This document shows positions 37,689-50,414 of a DNA stretch of 64,000 bases, piece by piece. The first letter of the stretch is position 1. Each line of letters opens with the position of its first letter. This DNA comes from Negaprion brevirostris (lineage: Eukaryota). Location of the stretch: the NCBI GenBank assembly GCA_030324005.1, contig JARDVH010000137.1, positions 28,467,923 through 28,531,922 on the forward strand. Direction: 5' to 3'. The translations under genes and the position numbers were made by a program. The notes under the pieces are model-generated. The model worked only from the letters and a program-made list of their open reading frames with translations. It made no database searches and had not been told where the DNA came from.

Positions 37689-39988
37689 CTTTAGTAGTTA
37701 GGAAGTAGGCAGTAGAACAGTAAATCACCGTTAGCAGTTTAGTAGTCACATGTTAAAACTACAACTTAATTACAGAGTAGTTTTGTCTAAAGTTTAAAAA
37801 ATAAGATGCTACACTAATAACATTGATGCCACTAGCTAATATTTTGTGTTTTTATGAATTTGCTTTCATCCCCACATTTCCTGAAGGTATTGGCTCCTTG
37901 CTGGGCTTTAGTCAGCTTCCTGGTGCCCTTTGACACCTCAACCAAGTGACTATTGTTTAAGTGAGCATCAACAGAACGTTCAAACCTGAACGGCACTTCA
38001 GCCAAGTCTGATTCTGTCCTTCCTAACGTCCATTAAAATAATTACAACCAGCAGGAGAATAATCAGGAGAAAAATCACCTGCTGATTCGCCACTCCTTGA
38101 ACACTGAACCCAAATGCCAGCCCAGCAGAGATCAGTAACTCAACAAACACTGGGAATGGAAGCTGCGACCACTGTAGTTTGTTCCAATCAGCTGTTCGTA
38201 AGATTACTAAGCAAATTTATTAAGCTGAGTGAGTAGCCCAATAATCACATTCCAAAATACCACATAACACAGTTCCGACTAGAAATGCATGAAAAATTAG
38301 GTTGTGATTTTTTTTATTCTAATAAGGCTGTCAATTGTTCCTTCACAATTTTAAACATGACAAAAGCTAAAATGAAAATGGCTATTTTAGGTCTGAACAA
38401 TTGCTTGACGTAGTATTTGACATCATGGTCCATTTTTCTGATTGTACGGATCTAAAATTTCTGACAACTAACGTTCTAGCAGTGTTTTCTTTTGTGTGAG
38501 ATGCTGGTATATATTTATTGGACAAAACATATTAAACCTTGAGATTTAGTTACTGGAATGCATTACCAATCTTTATTGTTTTAATATTTGGCAATGAAAT
38601 GTCTCATCCAGAAATACATTGTTAAGCATTACTGCAAAATAAAAGGCCAGCCACACATCATTTGATAGCACAATGTCTTTTCCAAACAGATGTGCATGCA
38701 ATTATAATACTGCATGGTCACAGTGGAGCTCTCATTTTGACTCGTAAAAGAAATGCTAACTTGAGAACACCTTTCAAGCTAGTAGGAAGTATGCCACTGC
38801 TGGCACCCCATAACAGCCCTTTATATGAAACAACGTTGAGAATCAATACTAAACTACTGCAATCAACAACTTTTGCAGATACATTTAACACATTTGAAAA
38901 TATATCTGCCTTTTAACTATCATTTTGGAAATTAACCTATACAAATGGTTGCATTTCAAAATGATGCTCAACCACAGTGGCCTTTTGAAGCAGTATTATC
39001 CTTATGAATGCAACATCTGTTAGGTGGTAAAGGACCACATTACACATCAAATATCAANNNNNNNNNNNNNNNNNTGTGTTTAATCTTATTCAAGATAGTT
39101 GCTTTTTTCTTTTAAATTTTTGTTAATGCATCAGTGAAATAAACATTGGTAATCAAAATGATAGCAAATTCCACACTGCAAGACTGAAAAGCTGTGTATT
39201 AATATTCCATTTTGTAAAGTTGATCAGAAAATTAACTAGGCCAAACTGCATTGGAAATAACAAAATGGGGCATTCAGGCAAAGTGTATTTCATAAGATCA
39301 CTTTACTCAAAAGTCAATCCAAAGTTGGTAGGAAAAAACACTGCTTACACATGCTTACCAGGCAATGCTTACTGCACACTTTGGTTCAGTTTCCTCCAAC
39401 TTATAATGTCACAATACCCGTGCCTCAACAGGTGCAATGGCATGTTAACTTACTGAGAAAAATGAAGCATCAAATAGGTGTGTGGAAAACATAACCTGGT
39501 TGTGCACATTATACCTAGCTTGTTCTTTGTGGAAATATGTCCCAACAAATGCCTGGATTCATACCCATATGTAGGTACAGGATTTTTTTAAAAAAATGTG
39601 TGATTATGTTATGATGAGATGGCATGCAGTGGAATCCAGGAGAGAACATCAGCTGTTAAGACCAGAGCTAAAATGTTAGATTATCACTACATCAACTTCC
39701 CTAATATAATGCAGCTTTGTCTTCAGAATTCTACTCAAAAATTCTTGTTACGCATTTAAGCTCCTCTGGTGCAGATTAATCCCAAAGATATTAAAGGGGT
39801 CCAATTGACTGACATCTTTCACTGACATTATTAGGTAATATGTGCACTAAATTAGCAAATCTTGTTTAACACAGTTGGCAGCTGTTTTCAATTTACTAAT
39901 TTCTTTCAATGTGTAATAAATATACAGGTCTCAGTTAAACACAACATTCTTAACACCTATTTTCTTTTTGCCAGTCTTTGGGGTTTAC

Positions 39989-40180
39989 CTGGTGGCCAGT
40001 TAATGTTGGAGCCATTTGAGATCTTATCGGCAGGGGATTTGGCACGTGTCCAGCTATCACTGACTGGTACCGGTGGACTGGCTGGTGACTCACTGCTGGT
40101 TATCAGATCATATGGACTGTAGGAGTCCTCAAGGGAGGGCTTGCTTGTTGGACCAATATTGAGACCTCCAGGGATAGCAC
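39989..40180 (-). CDS. TNRC6C: TNRC6C coding exon (M1 and N-half of PAM2), GAIPGGLNIGP...DKISNGSNINWPP
   Basis: attcag|GT and G|gtaaac; 192 nt, phase 1-1. Confidence 0.95.
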
Positions 40181-40813
40181 CTGAATATGCGTCAAGTGGG
40201 ACAGAAAGGCAAGGTCATGGATATAAAAACATTTTGCTATGGACCTGACTCTGAATCTCAACAGTAGCTAAATTAGACCCAATTAGTTTACTAAATGCTG
40301 ATGTAAGTCAGAATGAGACTTTGATGATCTATTGCTTCCTTTATTACAATATTAAAACAAATTTCATAGGTAAAACAAAAGTAAAACAATTTATCACAGT
40401 TAACTTAGAAAATATCACAACTGAAGAAATGTTCTGTGGTCTATTGTCCCAATTGAAATTTGCAAAGAAAATTCAGTACTCAAAGGGCTAAAAGACATCA
40501 TCGCATGCTTTCAAGTTTGTCCTCTGTTTTAGCTGAATGTGCAAGACAAGAAAACGAACTGCTGTGTTGAACCTGACATTGAAGTCAGTTTGATGTTTAA
40601 TTAATTTTAAAATGATGTAGCATGTTCTCAGAATTTGAAACATGTACATGTAGAGCCTTTCAAGAGACAGCCAATCAAAGTGCAACTGAGCCTATTTTCA
40701 TTGTTACATTCTTGCATTTTCCAGCAAGTCTATTGAGCTCCTGCAAGAATTTAAAACCAACTGACCAATGAAGGATTTTGGCTTGCAAGTACTCTGCCCT
40801 TTAGGGCTCTTAC

Positions 40814-40981
40814 CATGCTTGCTCTGGTTCTGGTCCAGCGATAAAGAATTGCCGCTTAAATTTTCCATAGAGTTTGGGTGGGTCCACTGCCTCAATCGAG
40901 ATTGGGCTTGAGCTGAATCCTTCAAGGATAAACCACCACTTAGTTCCATGTTGTTTACATTCATATTCGGGATCAATCCAG
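40814..40981 (-). CDS. TNRC6C: TNRC6C coding exon containing the CIM-1-type motif QSRLRQW
   Basis: ttacag|CT and G|gtaaga; 168 nt, phase 1-1; AGLIPNMNVNNMELSGGLSLKDSAQAQSRLRQWTHPNSMENL...SKH. Confidence 0.95.
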
Positions 40982-41231
40982 CTGTAAGTGAAAAACATGA
41001 GAGATCAGATTGTTTAAATAATTCCCTTCACAAACCACCTATACTTTGTTCATCATAAACTTCTGATCTAATCAACTGAGAAAGTCAGAGGTTAGCTTCC
41101 AAGTAGTCGCAAAACTTTTCTTTGAGCAAAATACAATTCAATGTTAGAACTCATTTCATACCAGAACCAAGAATTTTCACAAGTCAGCAAACCCTGGAAC
41201 ACCACAACAGTATACGTGTCCACAATGTTTG

Positions 41232-41529
41232 TTTATTTAATTGTGTCACAAGCAGACTTACAGTAACACTGCAATGAAGTTACTATGAAAATCCCTTAGT
41301 TGCCATACCCTGGCACCTTTTCAGGTACACTGAAGGAGACTTTATGTGGCCAATGCACTTAACCAGCATATCTTTCGAACTGTGGGAGGAAACTGGAGCA
41401 CCCAGAGGCAACTCACGCAGCTACGGAGAGAACGTGTAGACTCTGCACAGTGACCCAAACCAGGAATCAAACGCAGGTCCCTGGTGTTGTGAAGTAGCAG
41501 TGCTAACCACTGTGCCACCATGCCACCCG
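41232..41529 (-). mobile_element. tRNA-derived SINE, same subfamily as 4200-4486
   Basis: Head ggtggcatggtggcacagtggttagcactg; tail cttcattgcagtgttactgtaagtctgcttgtgacac. Confidence 0.88.
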
Positions 41530-42406
41530 TTCTATCTTCCAGCCACAACGTTCCTCGAGATCTATCTTTTTCAGGCAGTCCATCAGCCAGCCTGAGTGCT
41601 CCTGAAGATTCATCTTCATTGTCAGGAGGTCCACCATCTTTTTTCAGTCGTCAGTCAGTGATGTTGGGCGCCTTTTCAATGTGGCACATTGAAAATACAA
41701 GGGTGTACTATGCATCATCAGGCCTGCCCTGCCATGGAATATGGCACAAAACAAATTGTTGCATAATTAATGAGGTTGGGGCCAGAAGATTTAGCATGTT
41801 TTCCCGCTGGCTTCTGCAGCAAGAAACATGCCATGCCCCATCTCCACCCTCAGGGCTTGGTGCCCAAGTGGAAGAATTATGTCCTATCTTTCTAAAACAA
41901 TTCCAGTTGCAAATATGAGCAAATGAATACATCTGATATAATATAGCCATAAACATCTCTATTTCACGGAACTGTTTGTAAAATATCTTTAATGTTACCA
42001 AATGTCTCAATTTTGGTGTAAGCTGACTGATCTGGTTTTGGAAAAGGTTAACTATGATGACTAGGGGCAAAATTTGAGATACAGCTTGAATTGCCAAAAC
42101 ACAAACATTAAAAAGAATGGAACTTACAACTGTTGAAAGATGGCATGTTAAAACCAGAGATGAAACAGGATGAATGTGCTTGCATTTGTTGCACATCGTT
42201 AGAACACCCCAATCTGCAATACAGCTCAAGTAGTTTGCTCCGATTGTAGGCAAAGATGACAGCCAATACATCCACAACCAGATCCCAATAATCAGTTTAT
42301 GTCCAGGTAATTTCCTTGAAACTATAATGTTGTTTGAAGTATATTTACAAAGAAAACAATTCTACTAATATTAATGCACTATTTTTTGTTCTAGCAATGC
42401 ACGTAC

Positions 42407-42629
42407 CCAAGGAATATGCAGGGAAAGAATTGGGTGATGTTTGCTGTTCTTTGGTCTGCAGGTCTGAAAGGCTGGGAGGCGGATGATGACTCAGATTATC
42501 AATGGTTACTTTGCCTGCAGATGGGTGTAATGGTGGATGTGGTGGTTGCTGTTTCATAAGCAAGGCCTGGGTCAGCTGCCGCTGGTGCTGTTGGATCTGC
42601 TGCTGCATGTTGTTGATTGTACGTGCAAC
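42407..42629 (-). CDS. TNRC6C: TNRC6C coding exon (Q-rich), VARTINNMQQQIQQHQRQLTQALLMKQQPP...SFPAYSL
   Basis: cgaaag|GTT and G|gtacgt; 223 nt, phase 0->1; track ORF 42345..42608. Confidence 0.94.
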
Positions 42630-43202
42630 CTTTCGAGAAAGAAAACCAAGTACTTAGAAGCAGTGTGAATACCAGCTGTGAGCAGAAGTTGCAATTCCCT
42701 CCTAACATATTTCAGTTTTAAGCATAGCTAATTAATAAAATGGGAGAGACCATTTTTCTAAAGCTACATATATTTTATTGAACTGTCACCTACATTAAAT
42801 TTGCTAAGTAGGTCACACATTCTGAATTTTAGGCTGAATTTTACAGGCTGCGTGCAGGTGGACCTGTAAATAGGGCACCTATGCCCACATCAATTTTACA
42901 GATGGCAGAGGCAGCACTGGGTGGGTGGTCTCTACCTGGCCAAATTGAGATCTTCAAGTGGACAGTGCCCAATTAAAGGCCTCATCCCACTACCACTCTG
43001 GTTTAACAGGTGATAGGAGATCTGCGTCTAGCATGTAACCCTATGGGTCGCTAGCCCACGAATGGGCCCGTTGTCAATCGGAGACTGTTCCCAGCAGTTT
43101 TGCCTCCCTGTGACTGTCCTGTCTTTTTGGCCAGCTATGGCCCATTAACAAAGATGTCTTGCTGAATTTAGATTTAATATAACCATTTGTACATGTGGAA
43201 CA

Positions 43203-43424
43203 ATGACCTGGAGGATCTATTAAGCAAACCAATAACTACCAGGCCATGGTGTGATCTTATTTTTAATAAGCAGTTTCATGTAGTTTCTTGGAAGGTTGAT
43301 AATCATTTGAAAAAAATCTAATATTTTGAAGTTATACTAGGCCAGATTTTCTTCTCCGTTACAAGGCACAGTTTTTGCCATGGCCTGGTAGTTATTGGTT
43401 TGCTTAATAGATCCTCCAGGTCAT
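43203..43424. repeat. Perfect 47-bp inverted repeat with 128-nt spacer
   Basis: 43203-43249 atgacctggaggatctattaagcaaaccaataactaccaggccatgg is the exact reverse complement of 43378-43424. Confidence 0.95.
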
Positions 43425-44810
43425 GCACAGTTGTCCAGAGACTTTTCTGAGGATTAAGTGGGGATTTCAGCTAAAAGTGGCTCCACAGCATTGTCTGCTA
43501 CAAGGGATTTGAGAGATCTGAGGGGTCAAGACATGAGATCGTTTCAAACAATCAGATTGAAGAATCCTCATTACAAACACAAGCAAAGGACATAAACATT
43601 ATTTGTAAATTATTGTGCAAGGATTCTAAATAAATATTGGGACACACAAAAGAGTGATGAAAGGTAAATAGATAAACAAATTTTACGTTGTTTTTTATTA
43701 AAAAATTGCAACATTAATTTGAATAAAATGTCACATTAGCAGACTTAATTATTCAGAGCTAAAGGTTGTTTAATGATAATCATCACTCATTACACTGTTA
43801 AGAACGCTTACGTCTGAATGCAGAAGCCCTAACTTTTCAACCAAAACTAGTGAGTAATTACCCAAGCTCATGTGCTTACTATGTCTAGTCTATCAGTGAA
43901 GAATGCAATTGCACATCTGGAGGAGCAGGGTGCCACTGATAACACTTCCTGATTTCCAAAAGTTGATACCAGACTTGCCCAGTATTAATGGTGAGCGTAG
44001 TCAGCCCCATCATTATTATTACAGCTAGTATGTATGCATGAGAAAANNNNNNNNNNNNNNNNNNNNNNNNNNNNNNNNNNNNNNNNNNNNNNNNNNNNNA
44101 AAAAGCTGTACAATATGGCAAAATGTTGCAGAATATTTTCCAGAATGAGCAAAGGACTCAATTACTTCCCAAGGATTTCGAAGAACATTTTTATACTTGC
44201 ATGCATGAAGGGCAGAAATCTTTAATTTGCAATTTAATATATTTAATGGATAGTAGAACTCTGTCTGAAATTTTGAAGTTTCATATTATATTTCCTACAG
44301 GTTAAGTGTGTTGTTTTCTTGATTAAAGCCACATTTCCAGATGAGACTTCTTCAGGGTGCAGTGAAGAAGAAAATCAACTTGGGTGAGGATTTATTTTCA
44401 ATTCTGTCTTCTACTTGATTCCGCAGATTTAATGAATGATTTGGAACCAAGGGGTTTAAAACACAAAAGTTTGTTTTGCCATCCCTCGTCAAGAATGCAT
44501 CGATTCAACTGTGCTGTACCATTGGCTAGCTAGTGTGAATCATTTCTATTTAAATACTGATGAAACAGTGAAGCAGGCTGCATATTATATTCTCCTATGC
44601 ATAAATAGGGGAAAAATTTGTAGTTAAGATAATTTAGCGACTTTAAAAACTGCTCATTACATTAATCCATGCTGTGCAGAGAACACAGTTGTTTTCTGAT
44701 GACTAATTCCAGTTCTTAGGTTGGCTATACTAAAAAAAGTTTCCTTTCAGTATCATGGTCCGTGAAATGTCTTCAAGTTGAGCAAGCGGCTGCCAGTTAA
44801 CTATACCTAC

Positions 44811-44894
44811 TTGCTGCTCTTGTTGTCTAATGGTTCCAGAAACATTACGTTGGGCCTGTAACATCTGCTGCTGGAAGAGTAAACGCTGGTAGGC
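44811..44894 (-). CDS. TNRC6C: TNRC6C coding exon (Q-rich), AYQRLLFQQQMLQAQRNVSGTIRQQEQQ
   Basis: ttgcag|GCC and CAA|gtaggt; 84 nt, phase 0-0. Confidence 0.93.
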
Positions 44895-45290
44895 CTGCAA
44901 GCGCAAAATGGAAAATGAAAATGAGTAAAATCTTCAAAGTGAGAGACTAGTGAATTCAGGAAGCACTTCAAAAATCTAACAAAAAATATTTCTGGCTTGA
45001 TTTTTATAACAGGGCGTTTCTGTGCTTATTGCTTCTTTGCCTTTTCTTTCCCAAATTCTTGCTGAAAGTCTGATTAATTGAACACAAACTCCGTTTTAGT
45101 TTGGAATCAATGGATTTAATTAATGTCATATGATTTTGTTATGAAGAAAATACTTAGGACAATTTCTTAACACTAATATTTCCAAAGATTCCAATACAAG
45201 ATTCTGCAACAGCATATTTATTTTTACAATAGCATAATTTTTAAAAAAAAGCACACTTGGTAGTGGCATATTCTGTTCCAATAAATAACA

Positions 45291-45598
45291 ATAGAATCCC
45301 CATCATGCAGGAGGTCATCATTCGGCCCATCAAGTCTGCACTGACCACCCATCGCCCCCCTAGGCCTTCCCCAAGGACCCCCTCACTGCTTCCAACCCTT
45401 TTCCCATAACCCTGCGCACTTGCCATGGCCAATCCACCTGAGTTGCACATCTTTGGACTGCGGGAGGAAACTGGAGCATGTGGAGGGAATCCATGAAGAC
45501 ATGGGGAGAACGTGCAAATTCCACACAATCACCCAAGACCAAAAGGGAACCTGAGTCCCTGGTGCTGTGAGGCAACAGTGCTAACCACTGTGCCACCC
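45291..45598 (-). mobile_element. HE1-like SINE, full length
   Basis: Head gggtggcacagtggttagcactgttgcctcacagcaccaggg; CR1-type tail gatgggccgaatg...gattctat. Confidence 0.9.
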
Positions 45599-46055
45599 TC
45601 TTTAGCTAATACTAGTAGAATTTTAGATTCCTTTGCTCAAAATACTCCAACTCCCTTAAATGGGTAAGTGCATCTTTGTAACTAGACAGAAGTGCTGTAT
45701 CTCAGAAAAAAAGGAAAATTCTGAAGAAGCTCAGAACTTTTGGTGACAATTAAAATGTCCAGCCTGCCTGCCAATGGCAGTGACATTGGGAAAGTATGGA
45801 GTACAAGTCAATTTTCTTTTTTGACTAAAGGAAATGCGGTGGGGTGGGAAACTACGGAAGAGATTCCAAACTCGTGCATGGAATCCCTTTCTGGAGTGTC
45901 ATCATAGAAAACATATACATACTTTGAAAACTGAATTGATCCTGTAGAACTCAAAAAACACGTGATTGGCACTTAAATGAATTCCTAATTACCATAAATT
46001 ATCACTGTGGTTGAGGGTTCCAATCCAGGAAAATGACTGTCACAACATTACTTAC

Positions 46056-46175
46056 CAGCTGCAGCTGATAGAGTTGGTTTAACATAGTCATATGCTGAGG
46101 ATTAATTGGCGAGGCTAATAGTGCAGGGTTGAGACCCATGTTTTTTGCTGCAAACTGCAAGAGCTGTGCTTGAAC
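46056..46175 (-). CDS. TNRC6C: TNRC6C coding exon, VQAQLLQFAAKNMGLNPALLASPINPQHMTMLNQLYQLQL
   Basis: ttgaag|GTT and CTG|gtaagt; 120 nt, phase 0-0; track ORF 46002..46190. Confidence 0.95.
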
Positions 46176-46689
46176 CTTCAATGAACACAAAAATATTTAA
46201 GTACTTATAAATCTTTGAGCCCAGGATTTCAGTTTCCTGAAAGCTTAGCATTTAAAAGTTTTAGTTTTATGAGCATTTTTAAAACTATTTGCACAGCTTT
46301 TAAAATCTTGTTTCAAATATCAATGGTACAGTGCTACAGAAAATGCTATTGCAAATCCTTGGCACAGCCCAATTATCGTAATTTCATTAACTTGATAATC
46401 CAATGAAATGTAACAGTAAAATTTTGATGACTTCTATTTGTGAGGCTATTGATATGGCTCAAAACCAGATTTATTCATTCTTTACTCCAGCAATAAGTAA
46501 AATAAGCAATTAAAATGAATTATACATTGGTATCGAGGTTCAGAGATGTTATGCAGTATATACTGTTCTTTTCCTGTGGCCTCCAAAACTAGCATTAGAT
46601 GGATGCCAGCGAATTTATGAATTTAGAAAAAGCAGTAGGTATGAATCGAATGCTTCAGTTGGCTATTCATGATGAGTAACTTCACATAC

Positions 46690-46830
46690 CTGAGGGGATA
46701 GAAACTGAGGCACTTGAGCACGAAGACTAGGCTGGGATGAGTTTAGAGGTTGCACTGGCGGCTGCTGTTGCTGCTGCATGGTCCTGGCTTGTGCTGCTCC
46801 ACTATTGCCAAACATACCTAGATTGCCACT
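46690..46830 (-). CDS. TNRC6C: TNRC6C coding exon, [47 protein letters not shown]
   Basis: ttgcag|AGT and CAG|gtatgt; 141 nt, phase 0-0; nearly identical to the recalled human TNRC6C segment. Confidence 0.95.
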
Positions 46831-47014
46831 CTGCAAATTCATAAAAATACCTTTTTACAAGACAATCACATAGGAAAAATAATCATATATCTTGTTCATC
46901 ATACATACATCTGAACGTTTACACTAAAATTTCAGTGGAACATTACCATTCTTTCATTTATTTTATAACTTCAACAGTAGTCATTTTCATGATATATAAC
47001 CAATCTTATTGAGA

Positions 47015-47297
47015 GATAGTGGCATTGTGATATTGTCACTGGACTAGTAATCCAGAAACCCAGGGCAGGAACTGGGTACCCACATTCAAATTCCACCATG
47101 ACAGATGGTGAAATTTGAATTCAATGAAGTAGTTCAAAGTGTAAGGATGATCATGAAACTGATATCGATCATCATAAACCCATCTGGTTCACTAATGTTT
47201 TTCAGGGAAGGAAATCTGTCATCCTTACCCAGTCTGGCCTACATGTGACTCCAGAGCCACAGCAATGTGGTTGACTTTTAAATGCCCTCTGAAATGG
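47015..47297 (+). mobile_element. tRNA-derived SINE, 5' part; probable tail at 50415-50480
   Basis: gtggcattgtg...ggactagtaatccaga...ttcaaattccacc...cccatctggttcactaatg...tggcctacatgtgactccag. Confidence 0.75.
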
Positions 47298-47565
47298 AGA
47301 ACATGAGAACTAGGAGCAGGAGTAGGCCACCTGGCCCCTCTAGCCTGCTGTGCCATTCAATACATGGCTGATCATTTTGTTGACTCAGCTCCATTCATCC
47401 ACTCGCTCACCATTATTCTTAATTCCTTTCCTGTTCAAAAATTTATCTATCCTTGCCTTAAAAACATTCAATGAGGTAGACTCAACTGCTTCACTGAGCA
47501 GGGAATTCCACTGTTTCACAACCCTTTAGGTGACAAAGTTCCTTCTCAACTCAGTCCTAAATCTG
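47298..47565 (-). mobile_element. CR1 LINE 3' end running into an assembly gap
   Basis: agaacatgagaactaggagcaggagtaggcc...; same family as 49373-50414. Confidence 0.85.
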
Positions 47566-47666
47566 NNNNNNNNNNNNNNNNNNNNNNNNNNNNNNNNNNN
47601 NNNNNNNNNNNNNNNNNNNNNNNNNNNNNNNNNNNNNNNNNNNNNNNNNNNNNNNNNNNNNNNNNC

Positions 47667-48430
47667 CTGCAGTGTATCAGGTAGACAACTTTGGCCGAGT
47701 TGCAAGAGTATCCACCGCGTGCCTGTTGGTTGGTGTTCTCACGTGAGATGATGGCACCCATGTTGATGGTCCAGCACGTCTTACAGAGATTGCTGTGGCA
47801 GAGTTGTGTGGTGTTGTGGTCAATGTTCTCCTGAAGGCTGGGTAGTTTGCTGCTGACAATGGTCTGTTTGAGGTTGTGCGGTTGTTTGAAGGCCAGAAGT
47901 GGGGGTGTGGGGATGGCGTTGGTGAGATGTTCATCTTCATCAATGATTTGTTGAAGACTCCGGAAAAGATGTCATTGCTTCTCTGCTCTGGGGAAGTACT
48001 GGACGACAAAGAGTACTCTTTCCACCATGTCTCGTGTTTGTCTTTTGAGGAGGTCGGTGCGGTTTTTCGCTGTGGATCGTCGGAACTGTCGATCGATGAG
48101 TCAAGCATCATATCCTGTTCTTGTGAGGGCATCTTTCAGCGTCTGGAGGTGTCTGTTGCGATCCTCCTCATCTGAGCAGATCCCGTGTATATGGAGGGCT
48201 TCTCTGTAGGGAATAGCTTCTTTAATGTGTTTAGGGTGGAAGCTGGAGAAGTGGAGCGTCGTGAGGTTATCTGTGGGCTTGCAAAACAGTGAGGTGACTG
48301 TCCTTGATGGAGATGCATGTGTCCAAGAATATATGTGATGCATGCATCAGAACTCTCACTTACCTGACAAAGGGGCAGCACTCCGAAAGCTAGTGGCTTT
48401 TGCTACCAAATAAACCTGTTGGAGTTTAAG
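47667..48430 (-). mobile_element. Penelope-like retroelement fragment (RT thumb to start of GIY-YIG) with inverted terminal segment
   Basis: ORF 48101..48343 CKPTDNLTTLHFSSFHPKHIKEAIPYREAL...ICSDEED; ORF 47546..47761 YSCNSAKVVYLIHC; terminal motif on + at 48361-48430. Confidence 0.85.
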
Positions 48431-49058
48431 CTGACAGAAGACAGAGTGGTTGCAGAGGGTTGTTTTTCAAGCTGGAGGCCTGTGACCTGAGATGTGCTTC
48501 AGGAACCAGTGCTGAGTCACTATTATTTGTCATTGACATGAATGACTTGGATGAGGACTTAGGAGCCATGTTTAGTAAGTTTGCAGATGACACCAAGATT
48601 GGTGGCATAGTGGACAGTGAATAAAGTTATCTAGGATTGCAACGGCATCTGGAACAATTGGGCTAATGAATAACAGTGGAATTTTAGTTTAGACAAATGT
48701 GAAGTAATGTGAAATAATGAGTGGCATAGATCAGGTAGATAGTCAACATCGTTTCCTAAAATGTAACCGGGTCAAAAAGTAGAGGACAGAGTTTTTAAGG
48801 TGAGAGGCGAGAGACACGAAAGATTCCAGAGGGACATTTTTTTTCACATCGATAGTGTTACTGTCTGGAATGAGCTGCCACTGGTAGAAGTAGAGGCCGG
48901 CACAATTTTGGCTTTTAAAAAGCGGTTAGACAGTTACGTGGATAAGATGGTTATAGAGGGATATGGGCTAAATGTGAGCAATTTGGACAAGCTTAATGGT
49001 AAAAACTGGATGACATGGATAAGTTGGGCCAAAGGGCCCATTTCTATGCTGTAAACAT
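48431..49058 (+). mobile_element. CR1 LINE 3' fragment with internal deletion
   Basis: NDLDEDLGAMFSKFADDTKIGG; ORF 48800..49054 VWNELP...AFKKRLD; 3' UTR homologous to 1247-1357 plus 2150-2240. Confidence 0.88.
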
Positions 49059-49372
49059 CTAAGCCTATGATCATCTCTCTTTCTAGTTTCTGGCCTACAA
49101 CTCATGTTTGCACAATCATATTTTGTTTTCTTTAAGTTTGATACTATTTTCAATGGACAATTTAGAGTGTTGGTCCTCTCGTTGGACTTTGTCATTCTAA
49201 TTTGAATGTATACATTGTATACCTTAGAATATATCTTTTTTAATTCTTTCAAGGGTCATGTGTGCTGCTGACTAGCCAGCATTTATTGCCCGTCATTAGT
49301 TGCCCTTCTAGGGCTGTTGAGAGTCAACAACTGTAGCTCTAGTGTCAAATGTAGGCCAGACTAAGTAAGGGC

Positions 49373-50414
49373 ATAAGAACATATGAACATAAGAACTACG
49401 AGCAGGAGCAGGCCATCCAGCCCCTCGAACCTACTCTGCCATTCAATAAGATCCTGGCTGATCTTTTCATGGACTCAGCTCCACTTACCCACCCCCTGAC
49501 CATAACCATTAATTCCTTTACTGTTCAAAAAGTTATCTATCCTTGCCTTAAAAACATTCAATGAGGTAGCCTCAACTGCTTCACTGGGCAGAGAATTCTA
49601 CAGATTCACACACCTTTGTGATGAAGTTCCTCCTCAACTCAGTCTGAAATCTGCTTCCCATTATTTTGAGGCCATGACTCCTAATTTTACTTTTGCTTGC
49701 CAATAGATATAACTTCCCTGCTTCTTTCTTACCTATTCCCTTCATAATCTTTTCTGTTTCTGTAAGATCTCCCCTCATGCTTCTGAATTCCAATGAATAT
49801 AGCCTCAGCATACTCAGTTTCTTTTCATAAGCCAACCCTCTCAACTCCGGAACCAACCTAGTGAATCTCCTCTGCACCCCATCCTGTGCCAGTACATCCT
49901 TTCTTAAGTAAGGGGACTAAAACTGTATACAGTACTCTAGGGATGGCCTCACCAGCAACTTATACAGCTGCAACATGACCTCACTGTTTTTAAAATCCAT
50001 CTTTCTAGCAATGAAGGACAGAATTCCATTTGCCTTCTTAATTAACTGCTGCACCTGCAAACCAACTTTGTGTGATTCATGCCCAATGACAGAGGCCCCT
50101 CTGCACAGCAGCATGTTGCAATTTTTTACCATTTAAATAATTGTCCATTTTGCTGTTATTCCTACCAAAATGGAATTTATCAACATTGTACTCCATCTGC
50201 AGACCCTCGCCCACTCACTTAGATTATCTATATCCTTTTGCAGACTTTGTGTCCTCTGCACACTTTTGACTGCCACTCAACTTAGAGTCATCTGCGAATT
50301 TTGACACACTACATTTGGTCCCCAACTCCAAATCTTCCATGTAAATCGCGGTCCCAAAACTGATCGCCAACCAGAAAAACACCCATTTACCCCACTCTTT
50401 GCTTTCTGTCAGTT
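49373..50414 (-). mobile_element. CR1 LINE 3' fragment
   Basis: ORFs 49917..50132 (LYKLLVRPSLEYCIQF) and 49581..49877 (QRRFTRLVPELRGLAY). Confidence 0.92.

Noticed and set aside
39862-40122. Antisense ORFs overlapping TNRC6C exons (also 17078..17311)
   Set aside because: Shadow frames of real exons, with no independent evidence.
41708-42277. Longest ORF in the track (189 aa, minus strand, intronic)
   Set aside because: No recognisable motif, not needed for frame continuity between exons 42407 and 40981, and intron-like composition.
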